A stretch of DNA of 63,697 nt, the filler included. It is 6 parts of 6 records of this genome, joined end to end, with 100 filler letters (N's around TTAATTAATTAA, not from the genome) between each part and the next. Parts side by side here need not be neighbours in the genome. Positions count along the whole stretch, not along the records: positions 58,595 to 63,697 come from SRR31156797_24905; 5 more parts are not named here. The stretch is one strand, 5' to 3'. How positions within the stretch are numbered: the stretch's first letter is position 1; each line of letters opens with the position of its first letter. Positions 60,095-63,697 of the stretch are shown here, one piece after another. The translations under genes and the position numbers were made by a program. The notes below the pieces were generated by a model. The model did not search any database. It saw only the letters and a list, made by a program, of their open reading frames with translations, and was not told where the DNA came from.

Positions 60095-63043
60095 ATGAAA
60101 AGGATATTAGGATATTTACTATTGATTGTTTTTTTACCGGTGACAATTTCAGCTAGAAGCTATTTACAAGAAATTGAATCTAATTTTATTTATTCAAACT
60201 GGACTTATAATAAAGGATTTCCAACGAATAATGCACTAGATGTATACCAAAATTCTGAAGAGTATATTTGGATAACAACTTATGAGGGTTTGATTCGATT
60301 CGATGGAAAAGAGTTTAAACTATTTAACAAATTTAGTGGGGAAGGATTTGAATTTAACTCAGCAACTACTCTGTTTGAAGATAGCCAAAATAGACTTTGG
60401 ATAGGAACAAATGAGAATGGAATAGCATATTACAAAAACGGAAACTTTTACTCTTTAAACTCTTCGGACGGTTTTAATTCCACATCAATAAATGATATAA
60501 AAGAAGATAGTCAGGGAAATATCTGGGTTGCAGGAGCAAACGGATTAACTGTATTAAAAAAGTCTGATAATTCCGAAACTTTTGAAATAAAGGAAATAAT
60601 TAAAAACGAATATTCAATTAGCCAGTTAGCTTTTTTGAATTCAGAGGAAATCTTGTTAATTACGGGAAATGGAAAGTTATTAACCTATAGTGATGGAGGA
60701 ATTAACGATTTTTTGCCTGAGAATGACTCACTTCAAAACTATAAATATCAAAGTCTAATGATAGATTCTAATGATAATAAGTGGTTTGGAGCTACATCAG
60801 GTGAAATTATAAAAATTAGTAAAGATAAAAAAGTTGAAATCTTCAAAAATGAAGGTATTTTTTCTATTAATATGTTGCTGGAGGAAAGCAATAGAAATTA
60901 TGAAAAACTTATAATATTTTGTTCTGATAACGGAGTAGGAGTATTTGATGAAGAGAATAACAGATTTGATCTTGTAAGAAAAAGTGATGGATTAATAAGT
61001 AACTCAATTGAAAGTATATTTCTAGATAGAGAAAAGAATATTTGGCTGACTTCTAAAAGAGCTGGTTTACAAAAAATAACTGTTGGGAAATTTAAAAATT
61101 ATAAGAAAAAAGATGGTTTGCCTGACGAAATAGTAAATACTATCGAGCAGTCTGCCGCTAATGAGTATTGGATTGGAACGAATCAAGGTTTGGCAATTTT
61201 AAAGGCTGATAAATTTGAAAAAAACAGATTTACCGATTATTTTAATAATACAAGAATTAGACAAATATTTGAAGATAGTGAAAATACTATGTGGATATCA
61301 ACATATAGCAATAAAGCTCTAGTGAGAATAAAGAATAATCAAATAAAATCATTTAATACTGAAACAGGTCTGGCATCTTCAAAAGTTAGAGTTGTATTTG
61401 AAGATTCAAAGGGTTATATCTGGATTGGAACTACAGGTGGATTAAACGTAATTAAAAATCCGCAAAGTGAAGTGATTGAAATTGAAAAAGGACCGGGAGA
61501 GCTAGCTTCTAGTTATATAATGTGTATAGCTGAAGACAATGAGGGAAACATTATAATTGGAACAAACGGTAAGGGGATATATAGTTTAGATTCAAATTTT
61601 AATATTAGAAATTACACCAAAAGTAAAGGATTATCAGGAAATGTTATATTTAAAGTTTTCTATGATTCGCTTGGGAATGGATGGATCGCAAGTAATGAAG
61701 GAGTAAGCTTATGGGCTGAAAATAGATTTTATAACTATACAATTAACAATGGTTTGATGTCTAATGCAGTTTATCAAATTATAGAGGATAACAATAAAAA
61801 GCTATGGTTTACTAGCTCTAAAGGTGTATCATCCGTAAAAATAAAAGAGTTGATTGCAAAAAAAACTGATTATTCAGGAAAGTTGAATATGGAGAAATAT
61901 GATCTGACAGATGGTTTTCTCGAGAGCAGTACTGCGACGTCGTGGGGGATTAAGGATAGAAACGGAAAACTTTGGTTTCCAACTTTGAAGGGAGTTTCGG
62001 TATTAGATATAAATAATTTATCTTTAAATTCCAGAACAAACAGAGTAGTTATAAATGAAGTTAATATAGATGGAAATAATTATTCGCCAAATAGTGAAGT
62101 GATAGTTAATCCTAGTGATAGAAGAATTAGATTTAAATTCGCAGCATTAAGTTACTCTAATCCAAGCAAAATTAAGTACAGCTATTATTTAAGCAATTTT
62201 GATACAACATGGTCTGAGCCGTCATATGAGCAGGAAGCAGTTTATACTAATCTATCACCGGGAAGTTACACATTACATGTTAAAGCTTCAAATAGTGACG
62301 GGGTATGGAGCTCGGATTCTATTAAATATTTTTTTACAAGGAAAGCAGCATTTTATGAAACAGTATATTTTTACTTGATAATAATTATTTTGATCGTTTC
62401 ATTTGTGACGGGAGTATTTTTGGTTAGAATTAATAGGCTTAATGCTAAACGAAAATTAATCTCAACTATGTTAGAGGATACAATCACAGCACTAACTAGT
62501 GCAATAGATGCGAAAGATTCATATACAAAGGGACATTCGCTTAGAGTTGCAGAGATCTCTCAGAGAATAGGAGAAGAGCTGAAATTAGATGAAGAAAGTC
62601 TTAAAGATTTGAGATATACGGCTTTACTCCATGATATAGGAAAAATAGGGGTAGATGATAGAATTATTAGAAAAAGCGAAAAGTTAACAGATGAAGAGTT
62701 TTCTAAAATGCAGGAACATCCAATAATAGGTGGAAATATCCTGGATAAGGGTTCACTGAAAAGATTCTCGGAAGGAGCACGATATCATCATGAGAAATAT
62801 AATGGTAAAGGTTATGGTTATAAAAAACAGCTGTCTGGCGATAGTATTCCAATATTTGCAAGGATAATATCTGTTGCTGATGTGTATGATGCTCTTATGT
62901 CGGATAGACCATATAGGAAAAGTTTGGGGAAAAAAGTTTCTCAGGAAATAATTAATAAAGACTCAGGAGAGCATTTTGATCCAAAAATAGTAGAAGCCTT
63001 CAATAACATTATTGATGATTTAGATGATTTGAAATTTACATAA
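60095..63043 (+). CDS. Beta-propeller (Reg_prop) and Y_Y_Y sensor fused to an HD-GYP phosphodiesterase
   Basis: Repeated EDS.G.IWIGT..GL blades, YTNLSPGSYTLHVKA, one TM, DAKDSYTKGHS, LLHDIGK, HHEKYNGKGYG, ADVYDAL.SDRPY. Confidence 0.9.
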   Translation: MKRILGYLLLIVFLPVTISARSYLQEIESNFIYSNWTYNKGFPTNNALDVYQNSEEYIWITTYEGLIRFDGKEFKLFNKFSGEGFEFNSATTLFEDSQNRLWIGTNENGIAYYKNGNFYSLNSSDGFNSTSINDIKEDSQGNIWVAGANGLTVLKKSDNSETFEIKEIIKNEYSISQLAFLNSEEILLITGNGKLLTYSDGGINDFLPENDSLQNYKYQSLMIDSNDNKWFGATSGEIIKISKDKKVEIFKNEGIFSINMLLEESNRNYEKLIIFCSDNGVGVFDEENNRFDLVRKSDGLISNSIESIFLDREKNIWLTSKRAGLQKITVGKFKNYKKKDGLPDEIVNTIEQSAANEYWIGTNQGLAILKADKFEKNRFTDYFNNTRIRQIFEDSENTMWISTYSNKALVRIKNNQIKSFNTETGLASSKVRVVFEDSKGYIWIGTTGGLNVIKNPQSEVIEIEKGPGELASSYIMCIAEDNEGNIIIGTNGKGIYSLDSNFNIRNYTKSKGLSGNVIFKVFYDSLGNGWIASNEGVSLWAENRFYNYTINNGLMSNAVYQIIEDNNKKLWFTSSKGVSSVKIKELIAKKTDYSGKLNMEKYDLTDGFLESSTATSWGIKDRNGKLWFPTLKGVSVLDINNLSLNSRTNRVVINEVNIDGNNYSPNSEVIVNPSDRRIRFKFAALSYSNPSKIKYSYYLSNFDTTWSEPSYEQEAVYTNLSPGSYTLHVKASNSDGVWSSDSIKYFFTRKAAFYETVYFYLIIIILIVSFVTGVFLVRINRLNAKRKLISTMLEDTITALTSAIDAKDSYTKGHSLRVAEISQRIGEELKLDEESLKDLRYTALLHDIGKIGVDDRIIRKSEKLTDEEFSKMQEHPIIGGNILDKGSLKRFSEGARYHHEKYNGKGYGYKKQLSGDSIPIFARIISVADVYDALMSDRPYRKSLGKKVSQEIINKDSGEHFDPKIVEAFNNIIDDLDDLKFT

Positions 63044-63053
63044 ATTTAAATAT

Positions 63054-63092
63054 AAAAAGAACAGTCCTGCTAATAAAACAGGACTGTTTTTT
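63054..63092. terminator. Bidirectional terminator between convergent genes
   Basis: A-tract, AACAGTCCTG/CAGGACTGTT stem, T-tract. Confidence 0.8.
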
Positions 63093-63498
63093 ATAATTTT
63101 ACGTATAACTCTTTTTCTTCTTTTGACATTCTAAGCTCAAGAGCTCTTAAAATATTAGTTGTATCTCTTTTGAAATTATTCTCATTTCCTACTATTTTTG
63201 TTGCAATATTATATTTATCTTTATACTCCGTAAAAGTTCCTGCTAATCCACCCATCTCGTTTTCAAATCTTTCAGCTAATCTTTTAGTAGCTAAATCTTC
63301 ACTATTTCTTAGTGTTGGATATAGGTATTTATCTTCTGATGCTAAGTGTACTTTTAATTTACCAGCTAAGCTGTTTACTTTCATTGCGATATCTCTTGCA
63401 TTATCTGTAATGTTTCCTGATTTAATAATATCCTTTAAATATACTATAACCTCTTCTATATCTCTGTGTTGTCTTAAATAATTGTTTAAATTTGACAT
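63091..63498 (-). CDS. Hemerythrin-like four-helix protein
   Basis: QH, HLASEDKYLYP, RMSKEEKELY; GGAGG 9 nt before ATG 63498. Confidence 0.82.
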   Translation of the reverse strand: MSNLNNYLRQHRDIEEVIVYLKDIIKSGNITDNARDIAMKVNSLAGKLKVHLASEDKYLYPTLRNSEDLATKRLAERFENEMGGLAGTFTEYKDKYNIATKIVGNENNFKRDTTNILRALELRMSKEEKELYVKL

Positions 63499-63697
63499 TT
63501 TTACCATCCTCCGAATTTTTTATTTTTGCGTTCCCGCTTTTCTTGTAATAAGTTTATCAAAATAATTAAAATATGGCGGTAACGGATGTTACACAGTGAA
63601 AAATTTCTTTAACTAATAGATTATACTCATAATATTATATAAAAACAAGTCAGATTTTAAAATTAATGATTTATAATGATTGTCTAAATCTAAAGCA

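Noticed and set aside
63594-63611. Rex-like operator (AGTGAA-AAAT-TTCTTT)
   Set aside because: Only a partial match to TTGTGAA-N4-TTCACAA in very AT-rich DNA.

Overview
The window is a composite of six unrelated contig pieces joined by five identical 100-bp artificial linkers (N44-TTAATTAATTAA-N44), so gene neighbourhoods are only meaningful within a piece. Taxon calls below are inferred from gene content and composition. (1) 1-10483, deltaproteobacterium-like: a near-complete ISNCY-like insertion sequence with both terminal inverted repeats, then a lipid A/LPS-type cluster (waaA, lipid A acyltransferase, GT4, two ArnT/PMT-like GT-C enzymes, MsbA-like exporter). (2) 10584-19714, Desulfobacterales-like: nrdD end, nrdG, alr, HTH-PBP regulator, aroK, mobB, HD protein, unknown exported protein, panC, hybrid kinase. 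(3) 19815-29552: AsmA-like, YqfO-like, thioesterase, recX, short asparaginase, PilZ, M16 peptidase, PpiD/SurA-like, and the 5' end of a tRNA. (4) 29653-35992, Desulfovibrio-like: a small HTH gene pair, a GT-C enzyme, an orphan fliN, and a translationally coupled four-gene operon in which a Rad50/SbcC-type ATPase is split into separate N- and C-terminal genes around an Mre11/SbcD-type nuclease and a small coiled-coil protein. The N-half has an exact 39-residue PPEL repeat and a terminal zinc hook. This operon is the best candidate for an under-described system. (5) 36093-58494, spirochaete-like: glnS, zwf, rseC-like, an NqrA/RnfC-less Rnf/Nqr hybrid operon (second-best candidate), paired PP2C sensors (one degenerate), apbE, a giant barrel-Ig8-OmpA protein, rlmKL, and a probable leaderless small membrane protein. 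(6) 58595-63697, AT-rich: a SEDS protein, a beta-propeller/Y_Y_Y sensor fused to HD-GYP, and a hemerythrin-like protein. No CRISPR array or rRNA was seen. All calls come from motif reading by eye; no database searches were run, so novelty is unverified.
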